From Octopus vulgaris (lineage: Eukaryota), in contig OX597814.1 of the NCBI GenBank assembly GCA_951406725.2, positions 29,140,001 to 29,204,000 on the forward strand: a DNA stretch of 64,000 nt. The letters run 5' to 3'. This document shows, piece by piece, positions 28,428 to 43,190 of the stretch. A program made the translations under genes and the position numbers. Every line of letters begins with the position of its first letter. The stretch's first letter is position 1. A model generated the notes under the pieces. It saw nothing but the letters and a program-made list of their open reading frames with translations. It was not told the origin of the DNA and did no database searches.

Positions 28428-28447
28428 ATCCTTCTATAAAATAAATA

Positions 28448-28515
<68 letters not shown>

Positions 28516-29258
28516 AAAGTCTATGAGAATTACTTAATACAATTGTTGGGCACAACAATGACTCTTTATACATTGAGTCATTGTTGGGCACAACAATGAC
28601 TCTTCATACATTGAGTGCATTTTAAATTTTATTAAACTTGACCAATATTTTTCAACCAATGAACAATTATTATCAAAGCAATGATATAATTTGTCGACTT
28701 GGAACTTATTGCAAAGCTGCATGAGAAACAACATCTTTGTCTTCCCATTGAAGGGTCATTACGATTCTTTTTTCTATCTGACCTCTTTCCTTTTTTTTCT
28801 CTCTCTCTATTTCTCTCTCTCTTTTTCTCTCTCTCTCTCTCTTCCTATTGATTGTTTTCAACCATTACCAGTACCACCACCCTCACCACCACAACTGCCA
28901 TACATACACCATTCAGACTTTTGAAGCCACCACCATCAGTAACTTTGATTTCGCCACCTTCTCCTCCACCACCAATACCACTGTCTTTCACATCGCTTAC
29001 TATCACCGTCATCACTGACCACCAACACCACCACCATCGCCACCGTCGCCTCCGCATGTATCACAACTACTGCTCATAATTTTCTATCAACCCACTACCA
29101 TCACAACCGTCAAACTACTACCGCCCTCACCGTCTCTATGCCTACTATTTCTCTCACCCCAACATGAGGAATAGTTGAAGTGTCATTGAATAGTGAGAGA
29201 GGGGGTCAAAGTGTAGCACACTGACACACAGAAATTCGTTCTAGCATTTATTATCATA

Positions 29259-29424
29259 TGGAGTGGCTGTGTGGTAAGTAGCTTGCTAACCAACCACATG
29301 GTTCCGGGTTCAGTCCCACTGCGTGGCATCTTGGGCAAGTGTCTTCTGCTATAGCCCCGAGCCGACCAATGCCTTGTGAGTGGATTTGGTAGACGGAAAC
29401 TGAAAGAAGCCTGTCGTATATATG

Positions 29425-29467
<43 letters not shown>

Positions 29468-29669
29468 CTGTGTTTGTCCCCCTAGCATTGCTTGACAACC
29501 GATGCTGGTATGCTTACGTCCCCGTCACTTAGCGGTTCGGCAAAAGAGACCGATAGAATAAGTACTGGGCTTACAAAGAATAAGTTCCGGGGTCGATTTG
29601 CTCGACTAAAGGCGGTGCTCCAGCATGGCCGCAGTCAAATGACTGAAACATATAAAAGAGTAAAGAGAG

Positions 29670-29670
<1 letters not shown>
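29259..29670 (+). mobile_element. SINE S1, full length
   Basis: Complete S1 head, microsatellite and tail. Confidence 0.9.
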
Positions 29671-29727
<57 letters not shown>

Positions 29728-29769
29728 ACATACATATCTATCTATCTATCTATATATATTTATTTATTG

Positions 29770-30490
29770 TTTTATTCTTTTAGTTGTTTCTGGAGCACCG
29801 CCTTTGGTCGAACAAATCGACCCCAGAACTTATTCTTTGTAAGCCTAGTACTTATTCTATTGGTCTCTTTTGCTGAACCGCTAGGTTACAGGGCGTAAAC
29901 ACACCAACATCGGTTGTCAAGTGATGGTGGGGGGAAACACAGACACAGATACATACACACGCTCGCGCGCGCGCATGCACACACAAACACACACACACAC
30001 ACACAGACACACACACACACAGACACACATACACAGACACACACACATATATATATATACGACGGGCCTCTTTCAGTTTCCGTCTACTAACTCCACTCAC
30101 AAAGCTTTGGTCGGCCCTATAGTAGAGGACACTTGTCTAAGATGCCACGCAGTGAGACGGAACTCTATATATAGTCGAACACATCGACCCTAGGACATAT
30201 TCTTTGTAAGCCTAGTCAATTTTGCTGAACCGCTAAGTTACGGGGACATAAACACACCAACATCGGTTGTTAAGCGATGATGGGGGACAAACACAGACGC
30301 ACAAACACACACACACACACCTGTCTTCGTCTTTTGTTTTTCTGTAATAGTTATATAAACATATACCTACGATGGACTCCTTTCAGTTTCCGTCTGCCAA
30401 ATCCGCTCACAAGGCTTTGGTCGACCTCGGGCTATAGTAGAAGACGCTTGCCTAAAGGTGCCACGGAGTGGAACTCGGAACCAGGCACAT
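29770..30490 (-). mobile_element. Two tandem, diverged, head-truncated SINE S1 copies
   Basis: S1 body repeated at about 29770-30160 and 30190-30490. Confidence 0.8.
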
Positions 30491-30495
30491 TTATG

Positions 30496-30548
<53 letters not shown>

Positions 30549-30919
30549 GGATGGATGGATGGATGGATGGATGGATGGATGAATAGATAGATACACTTAT
30601 TTATTTCAGGCTATGTATCTATTTATACATCTTCATTTCTTTCCATTTAATATCTATTTATCCAACTACCTATCTTTCCATTCATCAATCTATATATCTA
30701 TAAATATAACATGTGACTTCATTGACCGAGGTTACCGTGGTCTTTTCCGTAGGCTTTTCTTTCCACGGGTAAACCTCACCTGTCCTCCCCTTTACACTTC
30801 ATATTGACATTTCTGTGATTACGATCCCTATTGATCAACTTTTTTTTTTCCTCTCCCCTTTTCTTTTTTTTCCTCTCCAACCCCCTTTTTTTTAAATCCT
30901 CCCCTTTTTTGTCCTCTCT

Positions 30920-31046
30920 TTCCTTTTACGATCCCTTTTGATCGAAAACCAACCCCCTTTTTTTTTTTTTTTTACCCCCAAAAGAAAAGCTCTACCTTGT
31001 AATTTGTTCTGTCTGTGTGCAGCCCTGTGTGGCTAATAAAGAAACA

Positions 31047-31084
<38 letters not shown>

Positions 31085-31252
31085 CCTGTTCTTTTTTCTT
31101 TTCCTTTTTTTTCTTTTTTTGTTCTTTTTTTCCCTTTTACGATCCCTTTTGATCGAAAACCTACGCCACCTTTTTTTTTTCTTCCCCAAAAGAAAAGCTC
31201 TACCTTGTAAATTGTTCCATCTGTGTGCAGCCCTGTGTGGCCAATAAAGAAA
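30920..31252 (+). repeat. Duplicated segment of about 125 bp ending in AATAAAGAAA plus (CTAT)n; probable LINE 3' UTR
   Basis: CTTTTACGATCCCTTTTGATCGAAAACC...GCAGCCCTGTGTGG(T/C)...AATAAAGAAAC occurs at about 30920 and 31132. Confidence 0.55.
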
Positions 31253-31384
31253 CTTATATACCTGTCTGTTTGTCTGTTTGTCTGTCTATCTATCTGTTTG
31301 TCAGTGTATCTATTTATCTATTTATCCATCTATCAATCTATCTATTTGTCTGTTTATTTATAATCAGTCTGTCGATTTGTCTGC

Positions 31385-31460
<76 letters not shown>

Positions 31461-31979
31461 TTATATTTGCACTAATTCACCACTATTTAGCTAATCTGCT
31501 GACACAGAAAACAACGATTATTGCATTGAACAAACAAACAAACAAATAAAAGAAAAGAGAAAAGGAAAGGAAAATGAGAAGGAAAAAGTGAAAGAAGCGT
31601 AAGATAAAAAAAGCATAAAAAGGAAGAAAGAAAACGTTAATGAAAAATGAATGAAAGAAAAGAGAGAGGGGGGTAGTAGGGGAAAAAAGTGGAAAGTCAA
31701 CAAAATATGACAACAAAAGCTATTTCGACAACAATAAAAGAAACAAAAACAACAACGAAACTGCTATATAAACAAATAAAGGGAAGAAGTACAGATGATG
31801 AGGAGGAGTGAGAGGAAGGGTGAGATGAGGGAAACTGAGAGGAAAGGAGGGAGTGAAGAATAGTAAGGATGATGAGATAATGACGGTGGTGGTGGTGGTG
31901 ATGATGATAATGATAATAGGTACGGTGGGGGAAATAATGATGATAACGATTATAATAATAATAATTTTCTCTACTATAA

Positions 31980-34300
31980 GTACAAAGCCTAAAATATGGG
32001 GTGAAGGGGAAAGTCGACTACATCAAACTCACTAGTCAACTGGTACTTATTTTGTCGACCCCAAAAGGATAAAGGCAAAGTCGACATCGGCGGAATTTGA
32101 ACGCAGAACGTAAAGCTAGAAGGAATGCCGCAAATAATTTTTCTGATGCTCTAGCGATTCTGCAAGCTCACCAACTTGGTCCTGTTCCAATAATAATCTT
32201 TCTAATTGTGACATATTGGAGGCGCAATGGCCCAGTGGTTAGGCCAGCGGACTCACGGTCGGAGGATCGCGATTTCGATTCCCAGACCGGGCGTTGTGTG
32301 TGTTTATTGAGCGAAAACACCTAAAAGCTCCACGAGGCTCCAGCAGGGGGTGGTGGCGATCCCTGTTGTCCTCTTTCGCCCCAACTTTCTCTCACTCTTT
32401 CTTCCTGTTTCTTGAGTAACGCTGCGATGGACTGGTGTCCCGTACTGCTGGGGGGGAACACATACGCCATAGAAACCGGGAAACCGGGCCCATGAGCCTG
32501 GCTAGGCTTGAAAAGGGCATATAAATAATAAAAAAATTTGACATAAGGCCAGCAATTTGAGAGGCGGGACAAGTCGATTACATCTACCCGAATGCTCGAT
32601 TGATACTTATTTTATCGACCCAAAAAGGATAACAGATAAAGTTAGCCTCAACGAAATTTAAACTCAAAACTTGCAAGCAGTACCACAAGAAATTTTTTTC
32701 GGCGCTCTAAAGATCTCATGTGCTGACTGCCTTGGTTCTGCCATTAATGGCACAAGGCGAGCAACTTCGGGGAGGGTGTAAATTCATTATATTTATTTCT
32801 TTATTGCCCACAAGCGGCTAAACGTAGAGGGACAAACAAGGACAGACAAAGGGATTAAGTCTATTACATCGACCCTGTGCATAACTGGTACTTATTTAAT
32901 CGACCCCGAAAGGATGAAAGGCAAAACCGACCCTGGCAGAATTTGAACTCAGAACGTAACTGCAGACGAAATACCGGCGTGCTAACGATTCTGCCAACTC
33001 GCCGCCCTCAAAACGCAAAATGAAGTGCTTTGCTCAAGAACACAACGGTTCAGGAATCGAAACCACAATTTTACGATCATGAATCCAACACCCTAACCAC
33101 TAAGCCACGCGCCTCTTTTAAATCTACTATATCGACACCTGTGTTTAGCTGGTACTTATTTTATCGACCCCGCCTCCAAGGATGGAAGGCAACGTTTACC
33201 TCGGCAGAATTTGAACTCAAAATTACAGCTGGAAGAAACGCCCTGAAGTAGCTTGTCCGATGTGCTATCATTCGGGAGTCGATACAGAAAAGTGCAAGTA
33301 CTGAGGGCGATTTAATCGACCATCCGCCTGTCCCAACTTGTTGACGTTGTGCCTCTTTTACTTGTTTCAGTCATTTGACTGTGGCCATGGTGGAGCACCG
33401 CCTTTTATAAAGAGTACAGCAGCCTTCACTACACCCTGCGGAACTTCGTGGAGCTATAGGTGTTTTTACTCAGTAAACATTCACAACGCCCGGTCTGAGA
33501 ATCGAAACCGCGAATCCACTGCCCTAACCACTGGGCCATTGCGTCAGTTATCATTAGCAGAATCAAAGCGGCGAGCTCATAGAATCATTGGCACGCCGGA
33601 CAAAATATTTATCCGAAGTCGACTTTGTCTTTCATCCTTCCATCGTCAATGAAATAAGTGCCAGTTGAGCACTGGGGGTCGATGCAATCGACTAACCCCA
33701 TCTCTTAAATTTTCAGGCTTTGTGCCTAGAGTAGAAAGGATATCTTACTTGTTTCAGTCACTCGATAGCGGCCATATTGGACACTGCCTTGAAAGCTTTT
33801 TGTCGAACAAACTGAATGCGCATTTTTTTCAAGTATAGTACCTATTCTATCAGTTTCTTTTACCGAACTGTTGAGTTACCGAAACGTAAACAAACCAACA
33901 CCAGCTGTCAAACGGTGAGTACAAACTCAAAGATACACACACACACTCAAAAGGCTTTGGTCGGCCAGGGGCTATTGCAGAGAAGATATTTGCCCAAGGT
34001 GCCACACGGAGGTGGGACTGAACCCGAAATGTTTTCTCCGACGATTCTGTCATGTCAAGAAAATAATTACAATTAGTTATGATTTAGGCATTAATTAGTT
34101 CTAATTTTGGCACAAAGACGGCAAATTTGAGAGGAGATAGTGAGTACGATTTCTTCGATCCTAATACTTGACAAGTACTTTACTCTATCGACCGCGGAAG
34201 GGCTGAAAGGCGAAGTTGAACGTCGATAGGATTCGAACGCGGAAAATAAAGAGCCGGTACAAATATCGCAAGATTGTTTTCTGATGATCTAATGATTCTG
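31980..34300. mobile_element. Dense nest of diverged SINE S1/S2/S3 fragments
   Basis: S2 minus copies at about 31980, 32540, 32790, 33140 and 34100; S2 plus at about 33550; S3 head minus at about 33410-33545; S1 minus at about 33745-34030. Confidence 0.75.
32217..32525 (+). mobile_element. SINE with the S3 tRNA head and an alternative 3' tail
   Basis: About 190 bp are shared with 623-1009. It then continues GCTGCGATGGACTGGTGTCCCG...GAAACCGGGAAACCGGGCCCATGAGCC. Confidence 0.85.
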
Positions 34301-34453
34301 CCAATAAAACAACGACGATGATGATGATGATGGTTAATTACATCTTTATGATGATTCTCATGATATAATGGTGGTTGTGATTATAATGACGGTGATAACG
34401 ACGACGTCAACCACGGTGGTGGTGGGGGGGGTGAACATGATAAACACATAGTC

Positions 34454-34486
<33 letters not shown>

Positions 34487-34733
34487 GGTGAAAATAATAA
34501 CAACAATAATAAAGAAGCGTTACTGTCGCCGTTGTTTGTTGTTGCTCTTTTTGTTGTTTTTGTTTTTGCTGTCGTTACGAAAGAGCAAAAGCAAATTCCA
34601 CAAAGATGAAAAAAAAAATACAAGAGTCACAGCTGAAATAAATAACAAAATATTAACAAATAATAACATCGATAACAACTACACGAACAGCAACAACAAA
34701 AAGAACAACGAAAACAACAAAGCAACGGATACT

Positions 34734-34815
<82 letters not shown>

Positions 34816-34816
34816 C

Positions 34817-34906
<90 letters not shown>

Positions 34907-35228
34907 TGTAGTTGTTGTAGTAGTAGTAGCAGCAGCAGCAGCAATAATGATGATGGTGATGAGAAGACGAGCCACCTCTTCCTCTTTTACTCCTCTTCCC
35001 CTCCGCTCTTCCCCTCCGCTCTTCCCCCTCCTCTACTTCCTCCTCCTCCTCATCATCATCGTCGTCGTCGTCATCGTCAGCATTATGATCACCATCGTCA
35101 TTATCGTCGTCATCATCATCATCATCATCATCCTAACGCACGTGCATTCAGAAGCGAACACTGGGAAAACGCAAAATCGATTGAGCAATAGAAGAAAGAA
35201 GAGAGACTACGAAAAAGAGTGCATGAGT

Positions 35229-35269
<41 letters not shown>

Positions 35270-35507
35270 GGAAAGGGAGAGAGAGAGAAAGAAAGAGAGA
35301 GAGAGGAAGAGGAAGAGAGCGAGAAAGAGAAAGTGGAAAATTATGAGAGTCGTACAGATATAGAAGGAAGGAAACGAAATGTTTTGTTTGGTAAAACTAT
35401 GGAATGAAAGAAAGAAAGAACGAGCGTGTGAGAGAGGTAGAGGAGAGGGTAGAAGAGAGATGGAGTGAGAAATAGACACTCAGACAAATAGAGAGCGGGG
35501 TAGACTG

Positions 35508-35542
<35 letters not shown>

Positions 35543-35689
35543 TGGAAGAGATAATGAGGTGAGCAAGAAGAGTAAAAGTGGATATAGAAGGGGAAGATAA
35601 AAATTAGAAGGGATGTTGGTGATACTGGAGTTAAAACTGGGAAAGAGAAGGAGGTATCACACGACACAGTACAGAGGGAGAATAAGATT

Positions 35690-36096
<407 letters not shown>

Positions 36097-37470
36097 AAAT
36101 TAGAATGCGTACAAAGGTAGTTTATAAAAATGACTGTTCTGATTAATAGTAGTCAACGTATGAATTTATGGCAGGAGAAAAGGTGTAAAACAAACCCCCA
36201 CCTCCGATACACACGCCACTTCCATTAACCCAGAGGGAATGTGAAAAAGGAGGAAGAGCAACTTAGAATGGAGGAGAAGGAGAAGACTTGAAGAGAGAAA
36301 ACAAATTATTTGGATGAGGTGAATCAATAGAAAGCACACCTCCGCCAGTTGTTTTCATCATCTAATGCTGCTATAACTGCGATATGAGGCGTTATTATAA
36401 TTTTCCCGCCATCACTATCATCAACAAACTAAACTTGGCTCAATTTTCGCGCCCTTCTACGGGAACATTCACAGCATAAAGTGTTAACAGTGCCATAGTA
36501 AAACACAATAATGATATTGCTACAGGCACGCTACAAGTTCAATATTATTACAATAGTTAGTGTCAAAAAGCAGCATCCCTAATTCTAGACTTACCACAAA
36601 CTACGCAGTGATTTCCGTCTATAAAGTTGTCATCACTTCTGCTACAATGGCGACGATCAATGACAACAGCGTTAAATATCGCCTCTATTTTATATTATAT
36701 TCATTGCTAGCACTGCTATTATGTTACACCTTATTTTACATTCTCCAGTGAGATTGAACAAACAGCCATCATTATAGTTCAGTGTTTTCATCTCTTTTAT
36801 TGTCTCTTCAGCCATGCCGTTGTCTTACTGTCTTACCTCTCACTAAAGTATTATTAAATGATAAATGAATAATAAATGTCTCCTAGGTTCCGGGGTAGCC
36901 CTTTGAATGCCGCTGCTTTAGCTCTGGTTTCATGTCGTGTAGGGACTGAAAGATGAAATATAATCTAGGATAATGTGCTAGCCTATTGCAGATAACATTT
37001 TCAAATGGGTAGCAATAAGAGAGACGAGTGAAGAATGTTGCCTCCCTATCCCTATATCTCGTAGTGGTCACTCCGCCCAGTCCTTCTTGCCCATAAAGTA
37101 TCCCATCTGGAATCACTTCCATCTTTGTAATTTTCTTGCAGCCATCAGCTTGCACTGTTGAGGAGGCACATTAACCACGCCACAGCGAGCTTCCAAGTCC
37201 ATAGGCATAATATTCCATTCCTCCACAACAAGCCATCAGAAAAATCAAAAAAATATCACAGATCATCTGGCTCTTATTCCTCACAGCTGAATGAGCTGAG
37301 GCATAGTAAAATAAAGTATTCTTTCCCCATACCCGAAATACAAGGAAACGCTACCATTGGGCTTGGATTCATAAACAAAATAAACCACTACCTTTATTTA
37401 CTCGACCATTCGCCTTTGTAGCAAAATGTAGACAAATATAAATCTACTTCACATATATTATTACAAAAAG

Positions 37471-37686
37471 AAGGCGGCGAGCTGGCAGAAACGTTAGCAC
37501 GCCGGGCAAAATGCGTAGCCGTATTTCGTCAGCCGTTACGTTCTGGGCTCAAATTCCGCCGAGATCGACTTTGCTTTTCATCCTTTCGGGGTCGATAAAT
37601 TAAGTACCAGTTACGCACTGGGGTCGAAGTAATCGACTTAATCCGTTTGTCCCCTCTGTGTTTAGCCCCTTGTGGGCAATAAAGAA
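37471..37686 (+). mobile_element. SINE S2 with TSD-like flanks
   Basis: ACATATATTA(T/A)TACAAAA at 37451-37468 and 37687-37704. Confidence 0.9.
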
Positions 37687-37929
37687 ACATATATTAATAC
37701 AAAATATAAACCAAATTCATAATTACATCGAAAAATATAAATGTCCTTCCTATAATGTATAAAATAAACGAGTGAAGCTGAAATTTCTTTTATATCCAGA
37801 CCTACAAGTATGTATCATATATCCATATTCTTGTGAAGTGTTATACCTGTAGACTCTAAATGTCTCCGAGTTATAGTCGTATCCCTAGCTGCTTCTTTCT
37901 ACTAATCAACCACGAATGATTATCATTTA

Positions 37930-38439
37930 CCGTAAATCCTCGAGTGTAATCCGCATTTTTAACCAAAATTTAATGGTCAAAATCCCTAGTGCGTATTATA
38001 CACGAGGTTAGAAACATAATTATTTTCTAAGCAATGTTAGAGTCTCTATTTGCTGTCCGGCGATGTTTATTCAGACGCATTTTGTGATGTCGGGCGTGAA
38101 AATACCTTAAGCTAAGCCTGAAAGCAATGAAGTCATAAAAGAATCATCCATAACTTGCAGTAAGCAACATTTATTAAACGTTATTACTGTTATTTCTTTA
38201 TTTTCTGCAAACAAAATGCACAAAAATGCTACACGTTTGCATTATGTTATATATACAATAATAATAAAGTACGTTACCGTATAAATTTAAACAAACCAAT
38301 GACGTTATATAGACCTCTTTGACTCAAGTTAGAGGAGGGGTGTGTATTATACGCAAGGTTTAGGTTTTTCAGAGGTACAGCCCCCTAAAAATCCCCTGCG
38401 TATTATAATCAAGGGCGGACTATACTCGAGGATTTACGG
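37930..38439. mobile_element. MITE, Tc2/pogo-type
   Basis: 25-bp TIRs CCGTAAATCCTCGAGT(G/A)TA(A/G)TCCGC (23/25 match), with TA on both sides (37928-29 and 38440-41). Confidence 0.9.
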
Positions 38440-39267
38440 TATCTTTGCATATTAATAAATGTATGCTCTAAATACTTATTACTGGCTAAACTCCTGAAAT
38501 GTCAAGCATTTTCCTATCTAGCAGTTACCTTCAATTGCTTTACATTCCAAGAAAGAATTTTTCAATTCGAAGAAAACTAAAAACTCAAGAGAAACATGTA
38601 ATTATTAGAAACCTCTATCGTATATCCTATCCTAATATTTCTAATCAAACTACTTTAAAATCTTATATCATTATTGTCTAACGAAACAAAAAATAAAGAC
38701 ATTTTCAAAATAATATCAAAGAATAAATGTCTGTGTTATATCCAACATAGAATATCGCTTGTTTCTCATTTGAGAAAAATAATCATCGAAATTCAAGATA
38801 TTTTCAGTTCCAGAATTCCATGCAAAAACTATGAAGAAAACCAATTAGAACTGTAAACACCACATCATGTCCATTTATACTGGCTGCTTCAAGAAAATCT
38901 GTGATTATCTGATTTGCATCTGGTCAGTCACAGTATGCATTCTATGGAAGCCCTATTACAGCATTTATTATAGGATAAGAAAATGAGTTATAGCTGTTAG
39001 TCGTAAATACTGCATTGCGTTCCATATCTCTAGGATCTGATGTGGAAATAAGTATAAGAAAAATAATTATTTTTCTCAACGAGCAATATATAACCATTAC
39101 TGCATACAAACACCATACAAGAGGTGGAAAACATTAAATAAAGGATTATTTAGCGATAGAAAATATATACATACGTCAAACATTTGAAGCAAGCAAAACA
39201 CTGAATACAATATATAGGATGGGCCAAAAATCATGCACCAAAATATTTGACATTTTATCTTTTTATT

Positions 39268-39690
39268 ATTATTATTCAGTAGTTTTATTTTTATAGCGTG
39301 CTTTCACTTCACTACCGAGCGCAGCTCTGTGTGCCTTAGGTATGTGCTGTGATTTGTTGTGATGCTCTGATGGTTATTGTATGGAAAGTGTTCTGCGTAG
39401 GATGTGTGCAGTGCCTAATAGTGCAATTTTCTGTATGTTATATGTGTTTGTAAGTAAGTCCTGGTGTTTTTGTTATGAATTTGTCTGAATATTTTTTATC
39501 ATGCCTAATGCACCTACTATGATAGGAATTGTTTCTGTTTTTAGATTCCACATTCTGGTTACCTCTATTTCCAGGTCTTTGTATTTTGAGAGTTTCTCCA
39601 TTTCTTTTAGAGACACGTTGTCATCTGCCGGTATTGATACATCAATTAGAAGGCATTTTTTTTCTTCATGATCTCTGACAACTATATCTT
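39268..39690 (-). mobile_element. R4/Dong-like LINE 3' end
   Basis: DIVVRDHEEK...LIDVSIPADDNVSLKEMEKLSKYKDLEIEVTRMW, followed by an (AAT)n tail. Confidence 0.85.
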
Positions 39691-39699
39691 CTTCTTCTT

Positions 39700-39789
<90 letters not shown>

Positions 39790-39791
<2 letters not shown>

Positions 39792-40370
39792 GGTGGCGTG
39801 CTGGCAGAAACGTTAGCACACCGGGCGAAATGTTTAGCGGTATTTCGTCTGTCTTTTCGTTGTCAGTTCAAATTCCGCCGAGGTCGACTTTGCCTTTCAT
39901 CCTTTCGGGGTCGATTAAATAAGTACCAGTTACGCACTGGGGTCAATATAATCGACTTAATCCGTTTGTCTGTTCGTGTTTGTCCTCTCTGTGTTTATCT
40001 CGTTGTGGGTAGTAAAGAAATAGGTATTTCGTCTGCCGCTACGTTCTGAGTTCAAATTCCGCCGAGGTCGACTTTGCCTTTCATCCTTTCGGGGTCGATT
40101 AAATAAGTACCAGTTACGCACTGGGGTCGATATAATCGACTTAATCCGTTTGTTTGTTCGTGTTTGTCCTCTCTGTGTTTATCCCCTTGTGGGTAGTAAA
40201 AAAATAGGTATTTCGTCTGTCGTTACATTCCGTGTTCAAATTCCGCCGGGGTCGACTTCGCCTTTCATCGTTTCGGGATCGATTAAATAAGTACCAGTTA
40301 CGCACTGGGGTCGATGTAATAGAATTGATCCTTTTGTGTGTCCTTGTTTATCCCTCTATGTTTAGCCCAC
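39790..40370 (+). repeat. SINE S2 tandem trimer, 184-bp period
   Basis: GGTATTTCGTCTG recurs at 39839, 40023 and 40207. Only the first unit has the head. Confidence 0.9.
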
Positions 40371-41163
40371 ATAGAGGAGAAAAAAAGAAATGAAGAAAGA
40401 GAGAAAGTAAGGAAATGAGGGTGTGTTAGCTAGTAGTCAGGATAAATTGATAGGAGGAAGGGAGAGGTGAGGGGGGAGAAAGACAAAGAGATAAGAGGGT
40501 AAGGAGTAAAAGAGTGGGCGGTATGTGAGCAAGAGTGGTGTGATAGAGCTGCATTAAGGGATTGGTATAGAAAAGGTCGAGAGAAGGTAAGGGTAGGGTG
40601 ATGTGTGAGTGGGTTTTAGTTTTGGTAGTAAAAATTGAGGTGGAATAAAGAATATATTGTCTCCCCCTCACCTCTCCCTTCCTCCTATCATTTTATCCTG
40701 ACCACTAGCTAACAACCCCCTCCCCCTCATTTCATTTCGTTCTCTCTCTGTCTCTTCATTTCTTTTCTGTCTCCCTCCCTTTTTCTTTTTTCTTCTTCCT
40801 CCCATTCTCTTCTTGTTTTTGATTTGACCTATCTCCTCTTTCTAATCATACAAATCTCTCCTCCCTCCATCTTTCCATTACTATTACAAACACATTCCCA
40901 AATTTTAATTCACACCAAAAAAAAAAACCCCTTCGATCAAACAATACTGTTTACAAGGTTCTATGCTTGGAATGACCAAATATAACTACCTTTGGAACTC
41001 ACACACAAGGTACAGGAAACGTCTTCACCACTTATATACACCGTTCTACTTGAATAATGGAACTGCAAATACAATATCCTTATGCATCTCACTTCTATTT
41101 TCATTCTCTTATTTCCCTCTGTATCTTCTCTGCAATAATTAATACTCACACATTTTCTCACAC

Positions 41164-41213
41164 CGTCTCTGATGAAAGGATATATAAAATTTCCCGGAAA
41201 CAGCTGTAAGACG
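41164..41213 (+). ncRNA. Type I hammerhead ribozyme, canonical core
   Basis: CGTCT-CTGATGA-AAGGATATATAAAATTTCCCG-GAAAC AGCT GTA-AGACG. Stem I is 5 bp and stem III is the palindrome ACAGCTGT. Confidence 0.85.
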
Positions 41214-41284
41214 TTTTCTTTATAAATGTTCTGAAAACTACTATTTACAGCCTTGGATTTTTTAATCTCATTCTGTCAATTTAT

Positions 41285-41624
41285 TCGGAGACCCCCTTCG
41301 GTCACGACACAGACCATGGGATTGCACCTAGAAAGTTACCCTCCTAGACACAAGTCCGGGCGAGGTTGTTTATGGAAGACCAGCAGTCGCCCATGCATAC
41401 CGGCCTCCCCTCTCCACGCCACCAGTGTTATCCAAGGGAAAGACAAAGGCCGATACAGCTTGGCACCCGTGACATCGCAACTCGTTTCTACAGCTGAGTG
41501 AACTGGAGCAACGTGAAATAAAGTGCCTTGCTCATGAACACAACACGCAGCCCGGTCCGGGATTCGAGCTCACAACCTCACGATCGTAAGCTCGACGCTC
41601 TAACCACTGAGCCATGCGCCTTCA
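41285..41624 (-). mobile_element. tRNA-derived SINE family S4 with 12-bp TSD
   Basis: TSD CTGTCAATTTAT at 41273-41284 and 41625-41636. Head GGCGCATGGCTCAGTGGTTAGAGCG. Confidence 0.9.
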
Positions 41625-41777
41625 CTGTCAATTTATATATGCATGCTAATACATGACCCACGTTGGACTACTCATTCGTATCATTATCGAACCTGGAGCT
41701 TAACCATAGTCTAGCAATAGCACTGAGCGTTACCCGACACCTTTTGGGTCTGCTTGACACCAATAGCTCTCATACCC

Positions 41778-42959
<1,182 letters not shown>

Positions 42960-42981
<22 letters not shown>

Positions 42982-43190
42982 TTGTGTGTATGCTTGCCCA
43001 CCACCACCAGTTGATAACCTGTGATGATGTGTTTACATCCCCGTAATTATAGCGGTTCGGCAAAAGACACCAATAGAATAAGTACTAAACTTGAAGAAGT
43101 GATAAGTCCAAGAGTCAATTTGTTCGACCAAAACCCTTCAAGGCGGCGCTCCAGCATAGCCGCAGTCAAATAACTAAAACAACATGAAAA
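42960..43190 (+). mobile_element. SINE S1, diverged 3' half
   Basis: GTTTACATCCCCGTAA...AGCGGTTCGGCAAAAGA...GCTCCAGCATAGCCGCAGTCAAA. Confidence 0.8.

Larger units (their letters stand above)
28229..28446. repeat. Inverted pair of family A HHR element ends in (TA)n
   Basis: About 28304-28369 is inverted relative to 28381-28446, with a duplicated CCTGATGATTTC stub between them. Confidence 0.85.

Noticed and set aside
36883-37421. Non-repetitive ORFs of 87-90 aa
   Set aside because: No recognisable domain or convincing splice sites; possibly an old TE remnant.
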